The notes under the pieces are model-generated. The model searched no databases and was not told where the DNA came from. It saw only the letters and a list, made by a program, of their open reading frames with translations. From Promethearchaeota archaeon (GTDB lineage: Archaea > Asgardarchaeota > Lokiarchaeia > Sigyniarchaeales > SOKP01), in NCBI GenBank assembly GCA_048941265.1, contig JBHLNT010000001.1:46540-110539 (forward strand): a stretch of 64,000 nucleotides of DNA, in the 5' to 3' direction. Of the stretch, positions 39,912 through 50,179 are shown piece after piece (positions within the stretch are counted from its first letter, which is position 1; every line of letters starts with the position of its first letter). A program made the translations under genes and the position numbers.

Positions 39912-40778
39912 TTGGCGATAAAAATGGTAAAGGATGAATTAATTGAAGCTCAACCTTTTAAGGGAAAGGTTGCCGTAATTCCCGGAGGTTCTAAGGGAAT
40001 GGGAAAGGCTATAGCTAAGGTTTTTGTCCAATTAGGAGGGAGCGTATGCCTTATAGCAAGAGGCATTGAAACATTAAAAGAAACTGAGGAAGAATGTAAT
40101 AAGTTAAAGACTGAAGATTCCCAATTTGTTGAAATTATTTCCTGTGATACAACCGATATGGATAAATTAAAGCCACTTTTAACAGATTTTATTAATAAAC
40201 GCGGAGTTCCCGATTATCTTTTCAATTTTGTAGGTTATGCGTATGCACAATACCTTGAGAAGTTAACACTTGAAGACTTTAAAAATAATATGAACGTAAA
40301 TTATTATGGCCAGTTAGTTCCTACTCTCATAATCATGCCTCATTTTATGGAAGCTAAAAAGGGATATATTACTTTTACATCTTCAGTTATGGGATTTATG
40401 GCAATCATGGGATATGCAACTTATGTACCAAGTAAGTATGCCATTTTTGGCTTAGCTGAAGTATTAAGGCATGAATTATTACCTTATAACATTAAAGTTT
40501 CAATATTATTTCCTGTAGATACTGATACCCCAGGATTAGCGGAAGAGAATAAAATAAAACCAGAAGAATGCAAAATTATTTCAGAATCAAGCACACTTAT
40601 GACCGCAGAAGAAGTAGCTGATAAATTTATTGAGGATATTTTAGAAGAGAATTTTGAGATTTTACCTGGTGAAGCTAAAATGCAATTAAAATCGATGCGA
40701 GAAAATCCTGACGATATTCGTGGAGTAACAGACATGCTTTATAAAAGAGCAAGGAGAAAAACTAAAAAAAAGATTTAA
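39912..40778 (+). CDS. SDR oxidoreductase, 3-ketodihydrosphingosine reductase (KDSR/Tsc10)-like
   Basis: GGSKGMG, SS, Y..SK, FPVDTDTPGLAEENKIKP. Confidence 0.8.
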   Translation: MAIKMVKDELIEAQPFKGKVAVIPGGSKGMGKAIAKVFVQLGGSVCLIARGIETLKETEEECNKLKTEDSQFVEIISCDTTDMDKLKPLLTDFINKRGVPDYLFNFVGYAYAQYLEKLTLEDFKNNMNVNYYGQLVPTLIIMPHFMEAKKGYITFTSSVMGFMAIMGYATYVPSKYAIFGLAEVLRHELLPYNIKVSILFPVDTDTPGLAEENKIKPEECKIISESSTLMTAEEVADKFIEDILEENFEILPGEAKMQLKSMRENPDDIRGVTDMLYKRARRKTKKKI

Positions 40779-40905
40779 TTTCATATTTTTTCATATCTTC
40801 TTTATTTTTGAGAGCACGTAGAAAAAGTAATTTAAAAGATAATTAAGCAAATTATTACTAATTTTTTTAAGAAAATTTTATAAAAATTAAAGTGGAGAAA
40901 ATTAT

Positions 40906-42318
40906 ATGAGTTCTGAAAATGAATTTATTGAAAAATTACCAAAAAGGTCAAAAGTAGCTTACGGAGGTGCAAATACTTCAAGTAACATTTTATCTGGTAT
41001 TGGATTCGCTGCCATTACCTTTTATTATAACGTTAAATTAGGATTAAGCGCGGAACTAATCGGAATTGCTTGGTTAATTTTTGCAGTTTGGAATGCTATA
41101 AATGATCCCTTATTTGGATATATTGAAGATAGAACTAAATCAAGATGGGGACGTCGAATCCCTTATCTTCGATTTGGTGCACCAGTGTATTGTATTTTAT
41201 TTATATTAATCTGGTTTCCACTTGTAGATATTACAAATGAAATTGCGCTGTTTTTATATCTATTGTTTATTCTTTTTGCATTTGACACAATATTTACCAT
41301 AATCGGATTGATAACTTATTCATTACCTGCTGAAATGGCAATCTCTTCGAAAGAGCGAGCGAGTTTGTTAGTTTATTCCACTTTAATTGGATCGATCGGT
41401 TATATAGTCACATATGTATTACCTGTTTTATTACTTACAGGGGGAGATTCAACGGGAATCGACCCAAGCTTTATAATAATTATGAGTATAATAGGTATAA
41501 CCTGCAGTTTAGTCTTATTTATATCAAGCTATTTCATTAAGGATTATAGATTTGTCCGACTCGAAGAACCATTAGGAGTAATTGATGCTGTTAAAGAAAC
41601 TTTCAAAAACAAACCATTTTTAATTTTTGAAACAACTGTTTTTGCGATGTTAGTAGCACAAACCATCCTGCTTACTGCAATTTTTTATTATATTGATTTT
41701 GTTTTAGAATTAAGTGGAATTTTGTCCATTATACCGATTTTACTTGTAATTCTAATGATCTTCGCATTCGTTTATATTTTTAGTAAATTAATAAAAAAAT
41801 ACGGTGTTAAAAAGGTCTACATTTTAGGCTTAATTTTAACTGGCTTGGGATTTATCTCATTATTAATTCTAGGATGGAGTTTAAGTACAGCTATAATTAG
41901 TTTAATATTGATTGGAATTGGACTTTCAGACGTAGTAATTACAGTTCAAATAATTTTTGCAGATACTGTAGATTATGACGAGGTCCGTACTGGAAAGCGT
42001 AGAGAAACTACATATTCTGGAATGGAAGCTTTAATTACAAAACCAGCAATTTCACTAGCAAATTGGCTTTTCCTTATTACTATCTCTTATTATGGATTTC
42101 AAGAAACTGCTAAAACTCAATCAGATAGCGCGATATTAGGGATAATGATCGGCTTAACTATAATACCAGCGATTTTTGTATTGGTAAGTGCTGTAATCAT
42201 GAAATTTTACCCCTTGGATGGCCCTGAATGGATTGAGCAGAAATTAAAATTAAATCGAATTCATGAGGAGAAAGAAAAAGAATATATTAAATTTTTAAGA
42301 GAACAGGGTGAAATCTAA
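40906..42318 (+). CDS. MFS_2/GPH family symporter
   Basis: WNAINDPLFG, WGRRIPY, TGKRRETTYSG. Confidence 0.9.
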   Translation: MSSENEFIEKLPKRSKVAYGGANTSSNILSGIGFAAITFYYNVKLGLSAELIGIAWLIFAVWNAINDPLFGYIEDRTKSRWGRRIPYLRFGAPVYCILFILIWFPLVDITNEIALFLYLLFILFAFDTIFTIIGLITYSLPAEMAISSKERASLLVYSTLIGSIGYIVTYVLPVLLLTGGDSTGIDPSFIIIMSIIGITCSLVLFISSYFIKDYRFVRLEEPLGVIDAVKETFKNKPFLIFETTVFAMLVAQTILLTAIFYYIDFVLELSGILSIIPILLVILMIFAFVYIFSKLIKKYGVKKVYILGLILTGLGFISLLILGWSLSTAIISLILIGIGLSDVVITVQIIFADTVDYDEVRTGKRRETTYSGMEALITKPAISLANWLFLITISYYGFQETAKTQSDSAILGIMIGLTIIPAIFVLVSAVIMKFYPLDGPEWIEQKLKLNRIHEEKEKEYIKFLREQGEI

Positions 42319-42335
42319 GTATTTAAATAGAAAAA

Positions 42336-42635
42336 TCATGGAACTACAATAGATTTTACTCCTTTATATTTATTTTCTTTTTCAAATGCTTCTGCTACGT
42401 TATTAATTTTATATTTAGTTGTTACTATTTTATCTACTGGTATCACTCTATCAAGTGCCATTTCGAGAAATTTAAGCGCTACATCGAATGTTTGGTGAGG
42501 AATAGCAAATTGCCCTATTAAAGCGATATCATTAAAACATAGATATTGAAATGGGCTTATTTCTACTTTACCAGTTTCAATGAAATTACCTAATTCTAGA
42601 TAAGTTCCCCCTCGACGAGCCATTTCCAAACCTTC
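42336..42635 (-). pseudogene. C-terminal fragment of a Zn-dependent medium-chain alcohol dehydrogenase
   Basis: EGLEMARRGGTYLELGNF...T.KY...V.EAF...KS.V.P; no room upstream for the catalytic GHE domain. Confidence 0.7.
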
Positions 42636-42756
42636 TGTCTTACCATCTCTTCTTATTACCTAAAATAATTATTTATCAGATCTTAAATAGATTAATTATT
42701 CATATATATATTAATTCAAGAAAGTCTTTCAACAAAAAAAAAAAAATTGGAGTAAT

Positions 42757-44616
42757 TTAACCTTTAATTTCTTTACCTTTCTCCATTTTATCGAGATCTT
42801 TTTCCTGTAATTCTCTACGTTGAACCTTTCCAGTCATGGAAACGGGCATTTTTCTCACGAATTCGATCATGCTAGGTGATTTCCATTTCGCCATGTTATT
42901 TAAGCACCATTCTTTCAATTGGTCACTAGTTATATCCTTCCCCTCCTTGAAGCCTTTCTTAAGAGTTACCCATGCTTTAACTTTTTCACCCATCATTTCG
43001 TCGGGCAACCCAGCAACAGCAACCTCATCAATCATCTCATGATGTCCCATCAAATCTTCGACTTCTTTTGGAAAAACGCTATGTCCGGAGACTTTTATCA
43101 AGGATTTCTTGCGATCTCGAATCTCAACGAAGCCATGCTCGTCCATGAATCCGATATCACCGGATAAAAGCCATCTTTGACCATTCCACATTTTTATGTT
43201 ATCTTCTTGTTCTCTCTGTACACCTAAATATCCTAACATTATATGTGGTCCGGCAATGCATATTTCACCTGTATTTTCAACACCAAAATTATTCATCTCT
43301 GGCGTTCCATCGCAAATCGGACCTTTATCAAAATCATCTGCGGGAAATATTGCCCAATCAACACCCGGAATTGGTAATCCTAATTTTCCATCTTTAGAGG
43401 GGCCCCAGAAAGGATTTATACTTGTTACAGGTGAAGTTTCGGTTAATCCATATCCTACTCTTATGGGACAAAAGATCTTTTCAAACGGAAGTCGAACGTA
43501 GTCGTGGAGTGGTCCTGCGCCCTGTGTTGCATATTTCATTTTTTTATGAAAGTCATATTTCTTCTTATACTCTTCCTCTCCCATCTCTTCAACATAATCA
43601 GTTAACCTTTTAAACAACATCTCTACTCCTGTATATATAATTCCTTTAGGAGCGTCGAGTTTTGTGATTGTTTCAGATAAAACATCATCTGTGGGAGGTC
43701 TTGGGAAGAGAAGCATAACCATCCCCAATGCTAAAGCACCATTCATTACGCAAGTCATACCAAAGCTATGGAAAAAAGGAATACTACCAATTGTTATCAT
43801 ACCGGGTTCTAAATTTGTCCAGGGTTTTATCATGTATAAATTAGCAACTAAGTTTGCATGACTTAGCATTGCAACCTTAGGTAACCCCGTCGTACCACCC
43901 GTCATTAAAAAACATGCAGAATCCGTCCAAGGATCAATATCTACTGTTATTTCCCGTGGTTCTGTTTCTTCCACTATCTTTTTCATCCGATATACTTTAT
44001 ATTGATCAGCTTCATCCGGAACTTTATCTTGAAAGCTAGGAATAGTACCTCTTAGAGCATCAAAAATAGCACCGCTAGCCGTCACAAAATCTAATAAATT
44101 TGTGGAGATAACGGAATGTACCTTTGTTTTTGGCAGAATACTATTAGGTCCCGCAATATACAACGCATCCATCATAACAAAGACTTTAGCATCTGTCATA
44201 CTTAAAGAATGTAATAATTCCATAGGACGATAAGTTGGATTAATACCCTGAGCAACCGCACCAATATATTGACATCCCATGTAAGCAACTACGAAATTTA
44301 TGGAGTTTGGAAGATCAATAGCAACAACATCTCCCTTTCGGATCCCTAATTTATCATAAAGAAATGTTCCAAACTTTTTCGCCATATTAAATAAAGCTCT
44401 AAATGTCACTTTTTCCATATATGGTCCTAATACGGAAATACAAACTACTCGGTCCCAAACATCATTATCATCTGCAGACTTTATAAAATTATCCCATAAT
44501 GGAGCTATTTCTATACCTTCAATATCTTTTATTTGATGAGGTACGCCTTCAGGCCAATATCCGCCAGTGAACCACACTTTTTTTTCATTCACTAAAAAGT
44601 CGTCTAAACTTGTCAT
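42757..44616 (-). CDS. long-chain acyl-CoA synthetase (AMP-binding)
   Basis: MTGGTTGLPK, GYGLTE, SGDIG, DRKK, GKVQRR. Confidence 0.92.
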   Translation of the reverse strand: MTSLDDFLVNEKKVWFTGGYWPEGVPHQIKDIEGIEIAPLWDNFIKSADDNDVWDRVVCISVLGPYMEKVTFRALFNMAKKFGTFLYDKLGIRKGDVVAIDLPNSINFVVAYMGCQYIGAVAQGINPTYRPMELLHSLSMTDAKVFVMMDALYIAGPNSILPKTKVHSVISTNLLDFVTASGAIFDALRGTIPSFQDKVPDEADQYKVYRMKKIVEETEPREITVDIDPWTDSACFLMTGGTTGLPKVAMLSHANLVANLYMIKPWTNLEPGMITIGSIPFFHSFGMTCVMNGALALGMVMLLFPRPPTDDVLSETITKLDAPKGIIYTGVEMLFKRLTDYVEEMGEEEYKKKYDFHKKMKYATQGAGPLHDYVRLPFEKIFCPIRVGYGLTETSPVTSINPFWGPSKDGKLGLPIPGVDWAIFPADDFDKGPICDGTPEMNNFGVENTGEICIAGPHIMLGYLGVQREQEDNIKMWNGQRWLLSGDIGFMDEHGFVEIRDRKKSLIKVSGHSVFPKEVEDLMGHHEMIDEVAVAGLPDEMMGEKVKAWVTLKKGFKEGKDITSDQLKEWCLNNMAKWKSPSMIEFVRKMPVSMTGKVQRRELQEKDLDKMEKGKEIKG

Positions 44617-44802
44617 ATCTTTTCACATTATTTTTTTTTAAGATTATTGTTTATCAATAAACTATACGTTTATTAACAATCTCATAAAGAATGCATTGGA
44701 TTAAAAATTATGCTTGAAATTAGAATAAAGAATAAACAATTCAATTGCATTTTCAATTCTTTAAATTATACGGACCTATGGTGGCTTAATTTATTTTAAT
44801 TT

Positions 44803-45051
44803 TTAAAAATATTTACGCCAAAAGATGAGTAAAAGAATTCCAAAAGCCACAATTACAGCAATAGATAAAATTTTTATTTCTATAAAGGGAGCTTGATAAA
44901 AAATCCACAGAAAAGCTCCGATTCCAGCAAGTAATACTAATGCTATCCCGTTTCTTATTTTAGAAATGGGTTCACCACAATTCGGGCATATTTTATCCCT
45001 GAGAGAACATTGTTTTTTGCAGTAAGGACACCTCATAGATATTTCCTCCAA
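44803..45051 (-). CDS. zinc-ribbon protein with two C-terminal TM helices
   Basis: CPYC...CPNCG then hydrophobic hairpin. Confidence 0.75.
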   Translation of the reverse strand: MEEISMRCPYCKKQCSLRDKICPNCGEPISKIRNGIALVLLAGIGAFLWIFYQAPFIEIKILSIAVIVAFGILLLIFWRKYF

Positions 45052-45078
45052 TGGTGAGATTATTTAAAATACTTTAAA

Positions 45079-45360
45079 CTAATAAAAAATACCATACATA
45101 TATTGTAAATACCATAGTAAAAAGATTATATAGATTATTAGCAAGACTATAAAGATCCACTTTAAGGGGAAAGGAATAAATACCGCACAAACAAGAAGAA
45201 TAAGAAAGACGACCACATTAAAAATAATATTTCTCTGCCTCTTTTCTGCCTCTATTTTTTTTCTAACCTCACGAACAGATTTACCACATTTAGGGCAAAT
45301 ATCTGCTCGGGGTGAACAATCGTTCCCGCAATGTGGACACTTCATAGAAATATATTCCAA
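45079..45360 (-). CDS. zinc-ribbon protein with two C-terminal TM helices (tandem paralog)
   Basis: ME.ISM.CP.C...CP.CG shared with neighbour. Confidence 0.75.
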   Translation of the reverse strand: MEYISMKCPHCGNDCSPRADICPKCGKSVREVRKKIEAEKRQRNIIFNVVVFLILLVCAVFIPFPLKWIFIVLLIIYIIFLLWYLQYMYGIFY

Positions 45361-45485
45361 TAATGATTATTTTTTTTTAACATGATAAAGCGATTAGCTT
45401 CTATATTTTTAATAAATTATGATAATTATATTAATTAATTATTTCTTCATAAATATTTAATATTAAATTTCAATCGTTTGATAAT

Positions 45486-46346
45486 ATGGGATTCAAAGAA
45501 AAACTCAAGGAAATTCTAAAGGAAAGTTTAAGTGAAGAAGAATTATCGCTCCTCCCAAGAGGCTTTCAATCAATAGGAAAGGTAATGATAGTGAAATTGA
45601 ATCCAAAAATACTTAAGAAAAAGGAATTAGTAGGCAAAGCTTGTTTAGAGATAAATCCATATATGAAATCGGTATATATTAATATGGGAAAAATAAAAGG
45701 TAAATTTCGAGAGCCAGAAAATATAGAACTAATTGCGGGCGAAGATGATCCAATCGTAGAACATAAAGAACACAGCGTAATTTATAGATTTGATCTCACT
45801 AAAATAATGTTTAGTAAGGGAAACATTAATGAACGAAAATTATTAGCTACTCTAGTTAAGGATGGAGAAGTTATAGTGGATATGTTTGCCGGTATTGGAT
45901 ATTTTTCTCTGCCTATCGCAAAAAATTCAAATCCTAAAAAAATCTATAGTATAGAATTAAATCCAATTTCACATCAATTTCTTGTTGAGAATATAAAATT
46001 AAATCATTTGGAAGATGTAATTATTCCAATTTTAGGAGATTGTAAACAAGAAGTCTTAAATTTAAGTAAACAAGGGATAAGAGCAGATAGAGTAATTATG
46101 GGGATATTCCCTGCCCCTAAAGCTTTTATTAAAGAAGCACTTACATTAACCAAAGATGATGGAACAATATTTCATTATGAGGGAGTTGTTGAAAAGGAAA
46201 GATACATAGATTTATATGCTGAGTTTAATCATATTGCTGAGGAAAATAAATATATTTGTAAATTAATTTCATATAGATTTGTTAAAAGTTACGGGCCTAA
46301 TTTATATCATGTTGTTTTAGATATCAGAGTTTCAGAAAAAAATTAA
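45486..46346 (+). CDS. Trm5/Taw2 (TYW2)-family tRNA wyosine-pathway SAM-dependent transferase
   Basis: KIMFSKGNINER, DMFAGIGYF, ELNP, ADRVIMG, HYE. Confidence 0.85.
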   Translation: MGFKEKLKEILKESLSEEELSLLPRGFQSIGKVMIVKLNPKILKKKELVGKACLEINPYMKSVYINMGKIKGKFREPENIELIAGEDDPIVEHKEHSVIYRFDLTKIMFSKGNINERKLLATLVKDGEVIVDMFAGIGYFSLPIAKNSNPKKIYSIELNPISHQFLVENIKLNHLEDVIIPILGDCKQEVLNLSKQGIRADRVIMGIFPAPKAFIKEALTLTKDDGTIFHYEGVVEKERYIDLYAEFNHIAEENKYICKLISYRFVKSYGPNLYHVVLDIRVSEKN

Positions 46347-46487
46347 AAGCTTAATTTTCTATATGTTTATAAAAAAGTTAGTAAATTTTAATTTAAGAAA
46401 TAATAAAATTAATTTATCTAAGAGAAAGATATTAAAAAATATATAATATTATAATTTAAAAAATTAAATTTACCCAGCTGAGCGATT

Positions 46488-47729
46488 TTGCCTGAAAAGC
46501 CGACTATTGGGTTAGATTATTCACATAATAATAAATTAACTTTAGAGGCTTCCAGCTATAATGAATTTACAAATTTTTTATTCTCATCTGGCTATAAATT
46601 AGGAAGGATTGAAGCCGGATTTGATTCATTAAAAAAATTAGAAAATTATGACGCAATAATATTATCCACACCTAATAATAGCAATATAGAGAAGAAAGAA
46701 TTCGAAATTATAGAAAAATATGTGAAAAATGGAGGAAGTCTTTTAATTATTAGTTCAATGGGAGGCGATTACACAAATAGAACAAACTTAAATGAGTTAA
46801 CGCAAAAGTTTGGATTTGAATTTGAATCAGATGAAATAAATGACTCAGTGAATTATGTTTTCTTCCAAAAAAGACCATTAATAACAAGACTTATTCCACA
46901 TGTTATAAGCGAACAGGTCAAACAACTTGTATTTTCTTCAGCTTGTTCTTTAAAAGTATTAGATTTTATAGATGATAAGCAAAATATTAAAATTGAGGTG
47001 ATAGCTAAATCCGGATTAAATTCATGGCATAAAAAATATAACGGAACTGACTGGATTGAGGAAGATTGTCCCAAAATTCCATTAATCATAACAGTTGAAT
47101 ACTATAATGGAAAAGTGGTTGGTTTTGGAAATTTATCTATGTTTTCTTCTCTTGGGCATGAATATGGTTTTTCTGCTTTTGATAATAATATATTAATAGC
47201 TAATACTTTGAAGTACTTGACAAGTAGTGCAATTTCTTCAGGTAAGATTATTAATGTCAATCTAAATCTCAGCTTATATTATTGGGCAAATAAAATCCTT
47301 GAGGACCAAGATTGGGAAAATATTTCTGATATTATTAACGTTGGTGTGAAATATTTTAAGGATAATTATAAAGAAGCCATAGAGGATATAAAGAGGATTC
47401 AAGAAGAAAAATTAGAAAAGAAAAAAATATTTGAACAGTCTAAAGAAGAGCAAGAGGAAGATAAAATCCTAGACATGGTTCCTGTCAGAAAAAAAGAAGA
47501 TCTTAAAGATATAATGAATGCTTTAGAAGAACTTACAGGAGAAAAATATGAAATTTCCATTAATTTAGAGGAAGATAATGAAGATAAATTTTTAATAGAA
47601 ATTGATGGAGATTTAATAGAATATACCTTGGAAGATGCAGATCAGTTTAATATTGAAACTTCTAAACATGCAATATGGCATGGGAAGCCTACCAAAGCAT
47701 TCATAGATTGGCTTAATGAAAAGAAATAA
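46488..47729 (+). CDS. GIFT (GldG/IFT52-like, DUF4350-like) domain protein with RHH-like and acidic C-terminal regions
   Basis: DYSH, EFEIIEKYVKNGGSLLI, GG....TNLN....FG, GKVVGFG...MFS, DN..L..N. Confidence 0.7.
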   Translation: MPEKPTIGLDYSHNNKLTLEASSYNEFTNFLFSSGYKLGRIEAGFDSLKKLENYDAIILSTPNNSNIEKKEFEIIEKYVKNGGSLLIISSMGGDYTNRTNLNELTQKFGFEFESDEINDSVNYVFFQKRPLITRLIPHVISEQVKQLVFSSACSLKVLDFIDDKQNIKIEVIAKSGLNSWHKKYNGTDWIEEDCPKIPLIITVEYYNGKVVGFGNLSMFSSLGHEYGFSAFDNNILIANTLKYLTSSAISSGKIINVNLNLSLYYWANKILEDQDWENISDIINVGVKYFKDNYKEAIEDIKRIQEEKLEKKKIFEQSKEEQEEDKILDMVPVRKKEDLKDIMNALEELTGEKYEISINLEEDNEDKFLIEIDGDLIEYTLEDADQFNIETSKHAIWHGKPTKAFIDWLNEKK

Positions 47730-48096
47730 ACCATAGTTGAGGACCTACCTATTTTATTTCAACCCATATTGATATCTTATCGATACCTATAAAAGAGAGA
47801 AAAAATGAACTAGAGAACTTTTGTATGAAAAATTCAAAGAAATAAGTTCAATTAAAATCTCTTATTCATATTTAGAGTTCATCTTAGAAATTATAAATAA
47901 TTATTTTAATTTTGATTTATCCGGATTGTCAAGCTATTACCTTCCTGAATTTGGCATATAATTATTTTATATTATATTGGGGAGAATTAAGTTATGCTAA
48001 ATATTTTTAATGTTTAATATTTTGTTTAAATAAGCGTTAATTAGAAATAAAATCGTTCGTTTTCATTTTCAAGAAGTTTTATTTTAAAGTATAGAC

Positions 48097-49500
48097 ATGG
48101 ATAAATTTCTATTTATTTTAGGGTCAAATTGGCGACTATCTTTAGCAGAACTCGATAATGTATTAAAATATTCCCATTATAAAGGAAAGATAACAGATTA
48201 TTCTGCTAATATTGCTGTAGTACAATTTGAAGATTTACATAAAGATAGACTATATATTAATAAATTAATGGAACTCCAATTCATATTAGGAGGCACCCAA
48301 AAAATTGCTAGAATTTTCGATTTCATTGATATCAGAACTATTCAAACCGCTTTTCCTCTAATTATTGAAAAATTTAAATTAGCAGAACTTTCTAGAAAAA
48401 AGATTATTACAATATTGGATACTTTAGTTGATAAAGTCTTTCGAAACATAAAAAATGAGAGCTTATTCTTTGCAGTATCAATTTATCCAATTCTTTTTGA
48501 CGAGGAATACTATAAAAAAGTTTTAGTAAAGCATTTTTTACCATTTCTAAATAAGGAAATAATGAAGATATTAAAACAGAAAGGAGCGAAAAAATCATTA
48601 TATTATGAATATCCTACTAAAAATATTAATTCAGGGAACTTGAATCCAATATTTCCCCACCATTTAATTAAATATGGTTTATTTAATCAAGATAGAGCAG
48701 AAATTATATTTGGATTTACTGAAGAAGGAGTCTATATTGCAAGAACTTTTACTTGTGATGATCCCAATTTTAAAAAAAGGATTGATGAACAACGCCCCCA
48801 TAAGGAATTTAAAAGTGCTATTTCTCCAAAATTAGCCTTAGTTATGCTGAATTTTTTAAATTTATTTGAGCAGAGGGAAAACAAAAAGATTCTTGATCCT
48901 TTTGTAGGAAATGGTACAATTCTACTTTTTGGCCTAATTGAAGGCTTTCAAATCTTTGGTGCGGATTTTGACCCAAAAAAAGTTAATAATACTATTCGAA
49001 ATTTAAATTGGCTATTGGAAGAATTAGAGGAGCCTATTCCGCCCTTATTAGACGAACGAATTAGGAAAATTGATATAAAAATGTTATCACATTACTTTAA
49101 ACAAGACTTTTTTGATGGAATTTGTACAGAACCTTCTTTAGGGCCATATTATAAGCAAAAACCCTATTATTCTGAAGTAATAGAAGTTGTAAATAACACG
49201 CTTGAGCCAATGTATGAAGCAATCTTTAAGGAGTCTCATAAAATCTTAAAATTACATGGTCGTATTTGTATTGTTGCTCCAATAATCAGTACTATAGATG
49301 GAGGAGATGTTCAAGTAGATATTATGAAATCTGCTATGAAAAACAACTTTAAATTAATTCCAATGGTAGATTTAAATCGCATAATAAACAAATCTAATAT
49401 TAAACTACAATTTGGGAAGCAGCACATAAAAAATTTAATAGATGTAAAAAAGGGTCAAATATTAAAACGAAAGATCTATATTTTTGAAAAACAAGAATAA
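48097..49500 (+). CDS. Trm11/Trm14-like SAM-dependent tRNA methyltransferase
   Basis: LSLAEL, SPKLALVMLN, LDPFVGNGT, TEP.LG. Confidence 0.78.
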   Translation: MDKFLFILGSNWRLSLAELDNVLKYSHYKGKITDYSANIAVVQFEDLHKDRLYINKLMELQFILGGTQKIARIFDFIDIRTIQTAFPLIIEKFKLAELSRKKIITILDTLVDKVFRNIKNESLFFAVSIYPILFDEEYYKKVLVKHFLPFLNKEIMKILKQKGAKKSLYYEYPTKNINSGNLNPIFPHHLIKYGLFNQDRAEIIFGFTEEGVYIARTFTCDDPNFKKRIDEQRPHKEFKSAISPKLALVMLNFLNLFEQRENKKILDPFVGNGTILLFGLIEGFQIFGADFDPKKVNNTIRNLNWLLEELEEPIPPLLDERIRKIDIKMLSHYFKQDFFDGICTEPSLGPYYKQKPYYSEVIEVVNNTLEPMYEAIFKESHKILKLHGRICIVAPIISTIDGGDVQVDIMKSAMKNNFKLIPMVDLNRIINKSNIKLQFGKQHIKNLIDVKKGQILKRKIYIFEKQE

Positions 49501-49508
49501 GAGATAAG

Positions 49509-50177
49509 ATGGATATTAAAGAGATTTTGAATAAAATTGAACAAAGTTTAGATGGTGAAGCGCACTTAGATCAGTTGGCTAAAAAAAAACAAAATCCGTT
49601 CAAAATTCTTATATCTACTATATTATCTGCCAGAACTAGGGATGCCAACACCAGAGAGGCGACAGAAAAATTATTTACCAAATTTAATACACCTGAACTT
49701 ATTGCTAATGCAAATATTGAAGAAATAGAAATCTTGGTGCGTAAAGCTGGATTTTATAAAGTTAAAGCAGCACGAATCAAAGAAGTCTCTCAAATATTGG
49801 TAGAAAAATATAATGGAAAAGTGCCGAATGAATTTAAAGAATTAAATTCTTTACCTGGAGTTGGTGCTAAAACAGCGAATTGTGTACTAGTCTATGCTTT
49901 TAAAATCCCTGCGATACCTGTAGATACTCACGTTCATAGAATCTCAAATAGAATAGGGTGGGTGAAAACTAAAAACCCTAATGAAACTGAAAAAGAATTA
50001 AAAAAATTAATCCCAAAAGAACAATGGATTAGGATTAATCGCCTATTTGTTAGATTTGGACAACAAATCTGCTTACCAAATAATCCAAAACATGAAGATT
50101 GTCCTATTAACGATATTTGTCTTAGGGATTTCTCCATGGAAATTGAAATGAAAAAGAAAAAGAGTAAGAAAAAATAA
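49509..50177 (+). CDS. nth: endonuclease III
   Basis: PFKILISTILSART, LPGVGAKTA, VDTHVHR, C-terminal Fe-S motif. Confidence 0.93.
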   Translation: MDIKEILNKIEQSLDGEAHLDQLAKKKQNPFKILISTILSARTRDANTREATEKLFTKFNTPELIANANIEEIEILVRKAGFYKVKAARIKEVSQILVEKYNGKVPNEFKELNSLPGVGAKTANCVLVYAFKIPAIPVDTHVHRISNRIGWVKTKNPNETEKELKKLIPKEQWIRINRLFVRFGQQICLPNNPKHEDCPINDICLRDFSMEIEMKKKKSKKK

Positions 50178-50179
50178 TT

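Noticed and set aside
47730-48096. Long intergenic region that might hold a gene remnant
   Set aside because: Only short ORFs and no recognisable motif
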